A DNA stretch of 64,000 bases from an uncultured virus (IMG/VR IMGVR_UViG_3300000553_000007) (lineage: Duplodnaviria > Heunggongvirae > Uroviricota > Caudoviricetes). The notes under the pieces were generated by a model. The model worked only from the letters and a program-made list of their open reading frames with translations. It was not told the DNA's origin and searched no databases. This document shows positions 41,339 through 50,816 of the stretch, piece by piece; position 1 is the stretch's first letter; every line of letters starts with the position of its first letter. The translations under genes were made by a program, and so were the position numbers. The stretch lies in the IMG/VR virus record IMGVR_UViG_3300000553_000007; one strand, written 5' to 3'.

Positions 41339-42286
41339 ATGAAACTAAAGACCCTAATTGAGATTAATGAGTGGATTAGTCATGGTATTGCGGTAAATCG
41401 TACTCCTGATTCCAAATTACGAGCCACTCCTGGTGGACAGAATGATGGAGCTCCAGGCTGGAATGAAGGGGTTGGTGATTGGGACGGTATTATAGAGGGT
41501 AAAGACTGGTTTTGTTACTTAGAAGGTAATGATTGGCATAATAAACGTTCGGGGGCATCCATTTACATCACTGAGGATGACAATCCGCATAAGATGTGGA
41601 TTAAGATAAAAACTCATGGATTACGCAAAGCCAACGACACTAATGAGTCGTATAAAGACCGTATTCGTAAACATACCAACAAAGTTGCCCGTTCTTGGAT
41701 GTCGGCCGCTAAAGAAATACATGATGGAGCCGGTTTGAATGAAGTAGGCAATCCCATATCGGTATCATGGAAACATGCGTTTAAAGAGGCTTTAAATGAC
41801 CCAAAAGTAAAGGCCCATCTAGCCGAAACCGGAGAAAATAAACTATCTCCTATTGCCGACCCTGTGAATTTTACTCCTAGAATTGGAGAATCGGATGTGA
41901 AAAAACAATCAATAAGTTACTCAGCGGTGGTATTAACAGAAGAATCTCAGAATAAAATCAAATCTTTATTTAAAGACCAGATGCCAGATGGTTGGACGGT
42001 ATACGCACATCATATGACTATTTGTATGGGTGGACTTCCAGAACAACAGAAATCGGATATTGGAAAACAAGTAACCTTGAATTGTGATGCTATTGGCAAA
42101 TCCGACAAAAGTATAGCATTAAAAGTAAGTGGATATACCACTTCAAATAAAATTCCTCACATTACATTATTTGTAAATGTTGTTGGTGGAGGAAAGCCTG
42201 CAGATTCAAAAAAAATCACAAACTGGAACCCACTCCCACAACCGATTTCAGTTCAGGGTATTGTTAAAGAAATTCCACAAAGATAA
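41339..42286 (+). CDS. Two-domain protein with C-terminal 2H cyclic phosphodiesterase (tRNA-ligase CPD-like)
   Basis: SYSAVVL..AHHMTI..IPHITL..GGKP.DS..I.NW; leader MKLKTLIEINE. Confidence 0.75.
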   Translation: MKLKTLIEINEWISHGIAVNRTPDSKLRATPGGQNDGAPGWNEGVGDWDGIIEGKDWFCYLEGNDWHNKRSGASIYITEDDNPHKMWIKIKTHGLRKANDTNESYKDRIRKHTNKVARSWMSAAKEIHDGAGLNEVGNPISVSWKHAFKEALNDPKVKAHLAETGENKLSPIADPVNFTPRIGESDVKKQSISYSAVVLTEESQNKIKSLFKDQMPDGWTVYAHHMTICMGGLPEQQKSDIGKQVTLNCDAIGKSDKSIALKVSGYTTSNKIPHITLFVNVVGGGKPADSKKITNWNPLPQPISVQGIVKEIPQR

Positions 42287-42296
42287 TAATAGTTTA

Positions 42297-43523
42297 TTAA
42301 CTTTCTTGCCAAGTCCATGCCGTTGTTGCCGATGCTGCATTACCAGCTACACCTGTCCACGCTAAGACTAATATGTCTTGACTTCCTGTTACATCACTTC
42401 CAAGGGCAAACGTCGGGTCAAATGTTATAATATCATTTTGAGTTGTACCAGCATTGATTGCCGAAAACAGTTTGGTTCCTTGATTTGCGACTACGTATGT
42501 GTTCGCAGATGCTGAGGCAATTTGAACGGTACTGTTTGGAACGTCATTCCATACCCACGGCAATGACCCAGATGGATTTGATAACAAACTTACTTCATAT
42601 ACACAGTTTGCAGTTGTCTGAGCTGAAAATATTTGTAAAGGAATTACGGTAGAATCTAAAGAACCACTCTTCAATCTAATAGCTTGCAATCCATAAGTAT
42701 TACCCGCGTTCAATGCCAATGCGGTTAAATTACTAGTTGCCTTAATTGGTCCAGTTTGTTGTACACCACCTTCACTTACAACCGTAGAACAAACGTGAGT
42801 TAGATATTGTTGTGTCACAGAACCAGAATTGATAATCTCATATCGGATTGGTTGGTTTGGGCTTGACATATAGACGGTGGATAATGTATTGATATTTGTT
42901 ATCTGATGAACATATGTTGGGACGCCTCCTTGGAATATACCATAACGAACACGACCGACTCCCAACCACTCAAAATCCATAAAATAAATCTGACTCTTAG
43001 TAATATCAAGAGTATTACCACTCGCACCCGTTCCGTCATAATGGTCTAAGTTCCAGGACGATTGGGAAACGAAAGTATCAATTGGCGTTCCAGTCATATT
43101 ACTACGTAAAAATGTTCCGAATGATGACCCGCTTGATGTGAATCCAATACCATTATTTTGGTCAAAATAACCAATACGTTTGATTACCCCTGCGATTGGA
43201 GTAGTGTTAAAATTTCCAGTACAAATAATCAATTGTGATTTTCCTGGTTGATAATTTATGCGTTTCTTACTTTGACGTGTGATAGAACTTGTGGCAGATG
43301 CCGATAATGCCATACATGCATTATTTGTCATAAATGATGACGTAGCATTGCCCGCTATTAAAGTTGACCATATCAGAGGATTATCACCATACAACTGTTT
43401 ACTATCAAAAATTGTTTGGGGGGTAGACATACGAAGACGTTGAAATGCGTCTGCGTTTGGTCCATCTGAAACTGCGATGGATGTTTTATTAATGTATGAA
43501 ATAAAATTACTCTTCTCCTTCAC
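42297..43523 (-). CDS. Beta-rich virion-associated protein
   Basis: DAFQRLR..P.TIFD, YQPGKS, KRIGYFD..NG, DFEWLGVGRVRYG; last gene of the fibre operon. Confidence 0.6.
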   Translation of the reverse strand: MKEKSNFISYINKTSIAVSDGPNADAFQRLRMSTPQTIFDSKQLYGDNPLIWSTLIAGNATSSFMTNNACMALSASATSSITRQSKKRINYQPGKSQLIICTGNFNTTPIAGVIKRIGYFDQNNGIGFTSSGSSFGTFLRSNMTGTPIDTFVSQSSWNLDHYDGTGASGNTLDITKSQIYFMDFEWLGVGRVRYGIFQGGVPTYVHQITNINTLSTVYMSSPNQPIRYEIINSGSVTQQYLTHVCSTVVSEGGVQQTGPIKATSNLTALALNAGNTYGLQAIRLKSGSLDSTVIPLQIFSAQTTANCVYEVSLLSNPSGSLPWVWNDVPNSTVQIASASANTYVVANQGTKLFSAINAGTTQNDIITFDPTFALGSDVTGSQDILVLAWTGVAGNAASATTAWTWQES

Positions 43524-44373
43524 CTATAACATTTTTAAATGTTTTGTTTATTGAATTATATCGCCAAAATGCTTTAGGTTTGAGCATTTTGATAATTTTA
43601 TACTGTCTTTCTAAATCCTTCTTCTGTTGCGCCGTGGTTTTAAAGTGATACTTACTATCATATTCAAATACCACATTCTTTTCTTTATCGTAACCATCAA
43701 TGTAAAACAAGTCTTCATCGGTATGAATTTGGTAATTTATTTCAAAATTAAATCCCAATCTATTCCATTTTTCCAACAATTCTACCTGACCATCATCAGT
43801 TTTGACTTTTACCCATTCAGACCTCATTAATCCATCAATGTGTTTTTTTCTTACGTCTGGTCTATGCATCGCTTCTTTTACTTGTTTCCCAGTCTTTGTT
43901 CTCTCACCAATATTAGAATATCTCTCAGTTTGAAGTTTACTATGATTTTGTCTCCATTCATCGGTTCGTTTACATCCCATATATCCATAACTCCCAATCC
44001 TACCAGTTTGTCCGATTGATAAATTCTTTTTATGCTCTTCTGAAAATTTTTTACCATAAGCATGATGATTTTTTCCAGATGTTGCGATTGATATTTTCTT
44101 TTTAGTTTCGTCCGATGTAACCCTACCCAAATTGGTAATTGACATACGTTTTTTAGTTTCGTCCGATACCATTTTTCCTTTTCTTGGAGATACTCTCCCA
44201 GTTAAACTAATTGATAATTTTTTTCGAGTTTCTTCAGAATGCGTATAATATTTCTTTTTACATGGTTTACATATAGTATTATCTCGTATAGATGCATTTA
44301 GATGACTTTTACCGGAATTACCAGTATAAATCATTTCGTTATCACATTTAGGACATTTTTTTGAGAAACGCAT
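43507..44373 (-). CDS. Putative homing endonuclease (NUMOD3 repeats plus Vsr/DUF559-like domain)
   Basis: HSEETRKKLS/SDETKKKIS repeats; FYIDGYDKEKNVVFEYDSKYH. Confidence 0.75.
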   Translation of the reverse strand: MRFSKKCPKCDNEMIYTGNSGKSHLNASIRDNTICKPCKKKYYTHSEETRKKLSISLTGRVSPRKGKMVSDETKKRMSITNLGRVTSDETKKKISIATSGKNHHAYGKKFSEEHKKNLSIGQTGRIGSYGYMGCKRTDEWRQNHSKLQTERYSNIGERTKTGKQVKEAMHRPDVRKKHIDGLMRSEWVKVKTDDGQVELLEKWNRLGFNFEINYQIHTDEDLFYIDGYDKEKNVVFEYDSKYHFKTTAQQKKDLERQYKIIKMLKPKAFWRYNSINKTFKNVIGEGEE

Positions 44374-44391
44374 ATTACAGTATATATATCA

Positions 44392-44610
44392 TCAAATTGG
44401 ATTAGAATTCGTTGTTGGCGGTAAATATGGTGTTATATCCAAATTATACGCCGCACATGCTTCTTGCAATGTTGCAAAATAATTCCACCCATCCACAGGA
44501 TATGTGTATGTGGTTTGTTTCTCCACATGTAATTCATAATTTGCATTAATTATATATGTTGGAGCATATAATAATACTCCACCGTCGTTTTTATAGAATC
44601 CTGAATTCAT
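44392..44610 (-). CDS. Small fibre-operon protein
   Basis: MNSGFYK..LLYAP..YTYPVDGWNYF; a start at 44610 gives an ATGA overlap with the upstream gene. Confidence 0.55.
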   Translation of the reverse strand: MNSGFYKNDGGVLLYAPTYIINANYELHVEKQTTYTYPVDGWNYFATLQEACAAYNLDITPYLPPTTNSNPI

Positions 44611-45191
44611 ATATGTTTCCATATTTTTCCTTGTCTAATTCCGATTATGTTGGTTTGAGTTACATTATATTTATCGGATAATATAATATTACTTCTAAAA
44701 TATTTAGGAGTGTTTTTAATTTCACGAACTTGGTCTTCAGTTAATTTATTTAAATGTTGTTGTTCTCCTTTACACTGTCTCATTTTAGATACTTTATCGT
44801 CAATGTTATCTTTAGGTGTTCCCAAAAACAAATGGTCGGGATTGACACATTTGGGGTTATCGCATTTGTGGAGTACGCATAACTTATCTGGAATTTTTCC
44901 ATTATGAAGTTCCCAAGAATACCTATGGGTGCCGATATTTTCATAGTTAATTCTAATAATCCCATATCCATAATTTTTATAACCTGTCCAATTCCAACAT
45001 GAAGCGGTTTTCTCAACTTTACTCCAAAATCGTTGTTCCACCGGAGTTTTAACTCTAATACGGGTTGATTGACTACAACGGCGACATGGTTTATTATTTT
45101 CGACGGAATATGCCAATCCCTTTTTACAGTTGTACGTCATCTCCGAACCACATGCGGGACAATTTTTTATATATTTTATATCGGATTTCAT
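44607..45191 (-). CDS. HNH homing endonuclease
   Basis: RFWSKV..CWNWTG..GYG..HRYSW..VLHKCDNPKCVNPDHLFLGT..DN; start MKSDIK at 45191. Confidence 0.9.
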   Translation of the reverse strand: MKSDIKYIKNCPACGSEMTYNCKKGLAYSVENNKPCRRCSQSTRIRVKTPVEQRFWSKVEKTASCWNWTGYKNYGYGIIRINYENIGTHRYSWELHNGKIPDKLCVLHKCDNPKCVNPDHLFLGTPKDNIDDKVSKMRQCKGEQQHLNKLTEDQVREIKNTPKYFRSNIILSDKYNVTQTNIIGIRQGKIWKHI

Positions 45192-45198
45192 ATTTTGT

Positions 45199-45227
45199 AT
45201 AATAGCATATAATAAACTATGAGTCAA
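45199..45227 (-). promoter_or_regulatory. Sigma70-type promoter of the HNH gene
   Basis: TTGACT-17 nt-TATTAT with extended -10 TG, 7 nt before ATG 45191. Confidence 0.65.
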
Positions 45228-45230
45228 GGG

Positions 45231-47072
45231 TTATCCGGCAATAGTCCATCCTTTTCCATTGGCAATTAATCTATCACCAGCAGTTAACAATGCTGCTCCA
45301 TAGTTTCCGGTGATTGTAATAGTTTGTCCAGATGTTGTTGGTAGATTATTAAAAATATTAACCAATCCAGCTTTACCAAATTTACAATTTGCGTATGATA
45401 CTGAATATAATGAACCACTTAATGAACCACTTGACAGAGAATAACAGTTTTGAAATACGTTGGAGAAATTTGCCGCACTAGTTACACCAGACGCATCTAA
45501 ATTTGGTATTGATTCTAATGTGGTACAACTACCAAATGCTAAATTCATTGTTGTAACTTTACTTGTATTTCCAAGTGAAGGTATTGATTTCAATGTATTA
45601 CAGGTCTGTGCAAATTGTTGCATGTTCGTATTATATGTCATGTCAATGTTGGGAATTCTGCGTAATGCATAACACGATAAAAACACCCCCTGCATCGAAC
45701 TTCCTGATACTATATTTATCGATGGGATGGTCTGTAATGAAAAACATGACCCAAACAAATTTCCACACGCCGACCCAGACGCTATGTAAAGCGGCGGCAC
45801 ACTTATTAATGAATAACAATTATAAAATAAATTTCCACATGCATTTGCACCGGACGCACTTATTACCATCAGTGGAATGGTTTGTAAAGAATAACAGTTT
45901 TGGAACATACTTTGAAACGAACTTCCTGACGCAGTGTTTAATAATGGTATGGTTAATAATGAACCACAATGGTCAAACATACTTACAAAATATGTTCCCA
46001 ACGAAGTGTTGAATGGTGGCACATATTTTAAATTGTAACACTGATAAAACATATTTCCGAAACTGGTTCCTTTTGAGGTATTTAAAAGCGGGACAGACTG
46101 TAATGAGTAACAGTTATAAAACATATTATTAAAATTTGTTCCTTGACTTGTATCTATAAGTGGTATTGAAGTCAAATTATAACAACTATTAAACATACCA
46201 GAAAACGCCGACACTGACCCCGACGATGTATTTAATGGTGGTATGGTAATTAAATTTGTACAATTTGCAAACATTGAGTTAAAATCGATAACTAGCGACG
46301 AACTGTAAAATGGTATAGATTGTAGATTATAACAATTTTGAAACATTGTATTAAATGTGGTAGATTTACTCGTATCAAAATAAGGAACTTGTTGGATATT
46401 ACTACATCCCGCAAACATAGCGGTAAAGTTTGTCACGTTACTAGAACTTAATATGCTACATGTAATCAAAGAGTTACAATATTGAAATAATGACGCATAT
46501 GAAACCAAACTCGAACTAAGCTGTCCAATTGTTGCATTTTCCAAATACGGCATTCTTATCGTATTACCACCAAGACTTAGTGAAGTTAGATTTGGATAAT
46601 TTATACTTACATCAAGAAAATCAATAGAATGTAAAGTATTCAATGTACTTTGGCTATGGTTCTGTTGTAAATTCAACAATGTTAAATTAACACTGCCTGA
46701 TGGATAGATTTGAACAATACATTGTCCCATTATTTGTCCACTACTATGCGTGAAGTAATTAGACGCTGATGCATAAAAATATTGATGATATGACGCTCCG
46801 CTACTTCCTGTCGTCACCGTTCCATCTCCCCAATCGACGATATAAGTTCCAGAGTTTACCGTGGCATTTACCGCAACGTAATTGCCTTCACTATTCAACA
46901 CACCCATCAAACCAACAAATGCTTGTTGGGATGCCGAAAGAACTGGTAATGCCAACCAGTTAGGGTCACGAACCCACGGAGTAACTGATTGAGTTGGTTG
47001 TACAGATGCTAGTGATAACACTGGTGAAGTTCCATAATATAGTGGAGTATAATTCATAACACTAATGTCCAT
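45231..47072 (-). CDS. BspA/DUF285-like leucine-rich-repeat protein, copy 2
   Basis: Many ~24-aa repeats F..MF.NCY.L..IP..NTS; VDWGDG PKD-like N-terminus; likely start MNYTP at 47057. Confidence 0.85.
   Translation of the reverse strand: MDISVMNYTPLYYGTSPVLSLASVQPTQSVTPWVRDPNWLALPVLSASQQAFVGLMGVLNSEGNYVAVNATVNSGTYIVDWGDGTVTTGSSGASYHQYFYASASNYFTHSSGQIMGQCIVQIYPSGSVNLTLLNLQQNHSQSTLNTLHSIDFLDVSINYPNLTSLSLGGNTIRMPYLENATIGQLSSSLVSYASLFQYCNSLITCSILSSSNVTNFTAMFAGCSNIQQVPYFDTSKSTTFNTMFQNCYNLQSIPFYSSSLVIDFNSMFANCTNLITIPPLNTSSGSVSAFSGMFNSCYNLTSIPLIDTSQGTNFNNMFYNCYSLQSVPLLNTSKGTSFGNMFYQCYNLKYVPPFNTSLGTYFVSMFDHCGSLLTIPLLNTASGSSFQSMFQNCYSLQTIPLMVISASGANACGNLFYNCYSLISVPPLYIASGSACGNLFGSCFSLQTIPSINIVSGSSMQGVFLSCYALRRIPNIDMTYNTNMQQFAQTCNTLKSIPSLGNTSKVTTMNLAFGSCTTLESIPNLDASGVTSAANFSNVFQNCYSLSSGSLSGSLYSVSYANCKFGKAGLVNIFNNLPTTSGQTITITGNYGAALLTAGDRLIANGKGWTIAG
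46873..46976. repeat. 104-bp perfect direct repeat, copy A
   Basis: Identical to 48687..48790 by direct comparison. Confidence 0.9.
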
Positions 47073-48871
47073 CCTTTTCCGGTTGCGATTGCTTTTTCTG
47101 CTGTTGTTAACAACGGACTTCCATAATTTCCAGTAACGGTTATGGTTTGACCACTGGCGGTCGGTAAACTATTAAATATATTAACTAAACCCACTTCACC
47201 AAATTTACAACTAGCGTAAGATATAGTATACCGTGAACCAGATAACGACCCACTTGACAATGCGTAGCAATTTGTAATTGGAGATGTAATTGCCGACGTT
47301 GACCCTGATATATTAAAATTTGGCATACTTTCCAATGATGTACACCCATATGCAAATTGTAAAAAGTTACTTCCACTGTTTGTTACATATGATGATGGAA
47401 TTGATTTTAACGCAATACAACCTTGGAATGTCTGTTGAAAGTTTGTTCCTTTACTTGTATCAAGTGCGGGGATTGATGTTAAACTTGAACAATTATAAAA
47501 AAATGATTGAAACGACGTGGCGAAACTCGATGTGAAATATGGTACACTTTTAAGTGAGAAACAGTTGTTAAACAAATATCCCATACCGGAACATGATATG
47601 AAATTTAAAATTGGAACGGAAACTAAAGACGAACAACCTGAAAATAGATAATCCGCAGTAGTAACTTTACTAAAATCTAACTGCGGAACTGATTGTAATG
47701 GATAACAATTATCGAACATTTGCCCAACATTCGTAGCGTTACTCGTGTTAAAAAATGGTACGGATTGCAGGGAGTTACAATTCGACAAAAAAGCATAAAA
47801 TGTAGACCCCGACTGTGTATTCATTGCTGGAATAGAGCGCAAACTATAACAACTGTTAAACATACTACTGAAATCGGTTACTTTAGATGCGTCTAACCAA
47901 GGAACCGTTTGTAATGAATAACAATTATTAAACATCGAACTAAAACTCGTCACTCCTGTTGTGTTTATTTGTGGTATTGCCTTTAAACTACTACATCCAT
48001 TAAACATACCAATGACTTGAGGAGTTCCCGTACCTGCCGTGTTTAATGGTGGTATCGATAACAATTTATTACAACCGTTAAACATATTTGCAAAATCTCC
48101 TGCCGCTGACGAACTATAAAATGGAATCGTTTGTAAATTATAACAACCATTAAACATAGCATTGAATGAGGTATTTTTACTCGTATCAAAATAAGGAACT
48201 TGTTGAATATTTGAACAACCAACAAACATCGCATTGAAATTGTTTACATTACTTGAACTTAATATACTACAGGTTATTAAATTTGTAAACTGACTGAATA
48301 ATCCGGAATAATTAGTTAAACTGGAACTAATCTGCCCCATACTAACATTTTCTACATATGGATATCTAACGGTTGCCCCTCCTAGATTTATCGAAGTTAA
48401 GTTCGGTGAATTGATACTCATATCAAGAAAATCAACCGAATGTCCCGATATTAATCCACTTTGACTGTGGTTAATCTGAAAATTTAATCCTATCAAGTTT
48501 ACACTTCCTGATGGGTAAATTTGAACAATACATTGTCCCATAATTTGACCACTACTATGTGTAAAGTAGTTTGAGGCAGATGCGTAAAAGTATTGATGAT
48601 ATGTTGTTACCGAACTACCAGCAGTATTAATTGTACCATCGCCCCAATCAATTATATAGTTTCCAGAATTAAGACTGGCATTCATGGCAACGTAATTGCC
48701 TTCACTATTCAACACACCCATCAAACCAACAAATGCTTGTTGGGATGCCGAAAGAACTGGTAATGCCAACCAGTTAGGGTCACGAACCCAAGGAATAACT
48801 GATTGGGTAATACTGGAAGACACCATCGTTATGACGGGATTGCTTCCATAATATAACGCATTATAACTCAT
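47054..48871 (-). CDS. BspA/DUF285-like leucine-rich-repeat protein, copy 1
   Basis: Same architecture as the adjacent paralogue; both end A..KGWT. Confidence 0.85.
   Translation of the reverse strand: MSYNALYYGSNPVITMVSSSITQSVIPWVRDPNWLALPVLSASQQAFVGLMGVLNSEGNYVAMNASLNSGNYIIDWGDGTINTAGSSVTTYHQYFYASASNYFTHSSGQIMGQCIVQIYPSGSVNLIGLNFQINHSQSGLISGHSVDFLDMSINSPNLTSINLGGATVRYPYVENVSMGQISSSLTNYSGLFSQFTNLITCSILSSSNVNNFNAMFVGCSNIQQVPYFDTSKNTSFNAMFNGCYNLQTIPFYSSSAAGDFANMFNGCNKLLSIPPLNTAGTGTPQVIGMFNGCSSLKAIPQINTTGVTSFSSMFNNCYSLQTVPWLDASKVTDFSSMFNSCYSLRSIPAMNTQSGSTFYAFLSNCNSLQSVPFFNTSNATNVGQMFDNCYPLQSVPQLDFSKVTTADYLFSGCSSLVSVPILNFISCSGMGYLFNNCFSLKSVPYFTSSFATSFQSFFYNCSSLTSIPALDTSKGTNFQQTFQGCIALKSIPSSYVTNSGSNFLQFAYGCTSLESMPNFNISGSTSAITSPITNCYALSSGSLSGSRYTISYASCKFGEVGLVNIFNSLPTASGQTITVTGNYGSPLLTTAEKAIATGKGWTLVL
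48687..48790. repeat. 104-bp perfect direct repeat, copy B
   Basis: Identical to 46873..46976. Confidence 0.9.
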
Positions 48872-48874
48872 AAT

Positions 48875-49177
48875 TTAGACCACTATGTATAAAGTGTTGG
48901 CATTTGGGGGTGATAATGCTGCATATGCCGATGCTGAGATTGTTTGTATTGTCGCTACACCACCCAACCCCGTAACTGAACCCGACATATAACTTGCGCT
49001 GGTGGCATAACTTGCCGTAATCAACAATGTTGATGCTGAGATTGATGATAGACTTCCAGATGCATCCAAATATAGGATGGTGTTTGGTGAACCACCAATT
49101 AACATTTCGGTATACGCACCCGTAGATGAATCTCTCGAATATACTAACTGACCTTTGGGATATATAATTAATGCCAC
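48875..49177 (-). CDS. Small fibre-associated protein
   Basis: TASYA repeat; C-terminal 'ASAYAALSPPNANTLYIV'. Confidence 0.6.
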   Translation of the reverse strand: MALIIYPKGQLVYSRDSSTGAYTEMLIGGSPNTILYLDASGSLSSISASTLLITASYATSASYMSGSVTGLGGVATIQTISASAYAALSPPNANTLYIVV

Positions 49178-49222
49178 AGTGTTACTTCATCCTTTCAGTG
49201 TTGTAAGTTGTTACCATATGAA

Positions 49223-50500
49223 TGAACTACCCATCCCCTAAAGGAGATGGGTCTCCTCCTTCGTCCCAGATTTCTCCAGTCCAGAGGCTTTAGATTCGGG
49301 TTGTTCCAACCCTATAAATTTAATATTGTTTGCTGCTAAAATGTCCCTATCGTGAGTTATATTACACAATGGACAAGTCCATTCTCTATCTTTCAAAGTC
49401 AGAGAATGATTTACATATCCACACGAACATAACTTGGATGATGGTTCATATCTTCCAATTTTGATGAAATTCTTCCCATACCAATCACATTTATATTTCA
49501 AAATATTTGTGAATGAATTCCATCCTACATCAGCAATCTGTCTTGCCATATAAGATTTTTCCATCATATCCTTTGTGGAAAGTGTTTCCATACAAATTGT
49601 CTTCACTTGGTTATCATGAGTCAACTTATGACTTAATTTGTGGTGAAAATCCTTCCTACAATTGGTTATCTTTTCGTGGATTTTAGCAAGTTTAATTCGC
49701 TGTTTATTTCTATTATTGCTTCCTTTTGTTTTTTTACTTAATTGTCGTTGTTGTTTTTTGAGTTTCTTGAGAAATCTTTTTAATGGTTTTGGATTTTCAA
49801 CTTTAGTTCCATCGGATATAGTAGCAAAATGTTTCAATCCCAAATCAATTCCAATAGTTGTCTTTTCTTTTACTAATGGTTTGATTGGAAGTTCTTTGCC
49901 ATCTTCAACCAAGATGGAGATGAAATATTTACCAGTGGTTGTTTTGGATACATACGAAGAAGAAATTATTCCCTCAAATTGTCTATCGTAAATACATTTA
50001 ATTCCTTCAAGAAACTTTGGAATGATTACTTTCCCCTTTTCAAAATCCACCTTAGTATTTTGTGGAACTCTAAAGCATTGTCTATTCTTTTTGGATTTGA
50101 AATTAGGATACTTATTTTTATGTCTAAAGAACGAAGTGTATGCTTTGTCCAAATCTTCAAGTTTGGATTGAATGGAAAGTGAACCTACTTCTGTTAACCA
50201 AGGTTGTTCACCTTTCTTCATTTTTGGAAGTTCTGCTTGAAGTTCGTATCGTGAAACATTCTTTTTTGTTGTTTGATAAGTTTCCATTTTCTTATTCAAT
50301 GCCCAATTCCATATGAAACGAGTGCATCCAAAGTGTTTTTCTAAAAGAACGGATTGTTCTTTGGTAGGTGTTAATTTATATTTGAATGCTCTTATCACAA
50401 CAATATATATCATTGATTTTTAGAAAACATCAACTTATTTTCTAAATTGTGTCAATTCATCCCACCCGCTAAAGCAAATGGGATTTCTTGCCACTGAGTA
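49223..50500 (-). mobile_element. Non-autonomous IS200/IS605-family (tnpB-only) element
   Basis: tnpB flanked by related subterminal hairpins (acccatc-ccctaaagga-gatgggt at 49229-49252; atccca-cccgctaaagcaaa-tgggat at 50459-50484); right end ...GGGTAGTTCA. The left boundary is approximate. Confidence 0.75.
49238..50413 (-). CDS. tnpB: RNA-guided endonuclease TnpB
   Basis: N-terminal HTH (AFKYKL.PT.EQ...FGCTRFIWN), RuvC D-E-D intact (IGIDLG, ICMETL, DRDILAA.NI), Zn ribbon CSCG..CPLC. Confidence 0.93.
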   Translation of the reverse strand: MIYIVVIRAFKYKLTPTKEQSVLLEKHFGCTRFIWNWALNKKMETYQTTKKNVSRYELQAELPKMKKGEQPWLTEVGSLSIQSKLEDLDKAYTSFFRHKNKYPNFKSKKNRQCFRVPQNTKVDFEKGKVIIPKFLEGIKCIYDRQFEGIISSSYVSKTTTGKYFISILVEDGKELPIKPLVKEKTTIGIDLGLKHFATISDGTKVENPKPLKRFLKKLKKQQRQLSKKTKGSNNRNKQRIKLAKIHEKITNCRKDFHHKLSHKLTHDNQVKTICMETLSTKDMMEKSYMARQIADVGWNSFTNILKYKCDWYGKNFIKIGRYEPSSKLCSCGYVNHSLTLKDREWTCPLCNITHDRDILAANNIKFIGLEQPESKASGLEKSGTKEETHLL

Positions 50501-50501
50501 G

Positions 50502-50801
50502 TTAAATTAATCCCTTCATCTGAGACTGTCGTTGAATTTCTGCAAATATCACACCACAAGTATTTGCTAAAATTGGGTCGGTTTCTGCCAAGGTTAATAC
50601 ATCATCAATAATTAATTTAACGGCATTGTCAGGAAACATTTCTCCGGTTGTTGAATTATATGGAACCAAAGTTGATATTATTTCCGCTTTATCCGTTAAA
50701 CTTGGCGCATTAATGTCTAAATTAGTCATCCAATAGGCGTCTGCTATTTTGGATTCTATTGGTGGTATTATTAACGACCCCGATGTTGGTTGTATTGGCA
50801 T
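50502..50801 (-). CDS. Hypothetical protein in the fibre operon
   Basis: 99 aa, AAAGGA upstream, follows the fibre gene. Confidence 0.55.
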   Translation of the reverse strand: MPIQPTSGSLIIPPIESKIADAYWMTNLDINAPSLTDKAEIISTLVPYNSTTGEMFPDNAVKLIIDDVLTLAETDPILANTCGVIFAEIQRQSQMKGLI

Positions 50802-50816
50802 GGTGTATGTTCCTTT

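Noticed and set aside
46873..48790. Diversity-generating retroelement TR/VR pair
   Set aside because: The repeat is identical rather than adenine-mutated, lies at the N-terminus, and no reverse transcriptase is in the window.
49238..50413. Cas12-type CRISPR effector
   Set aside because: 391 aa with IS605-like hairpin ends and no array; fits TnpB.
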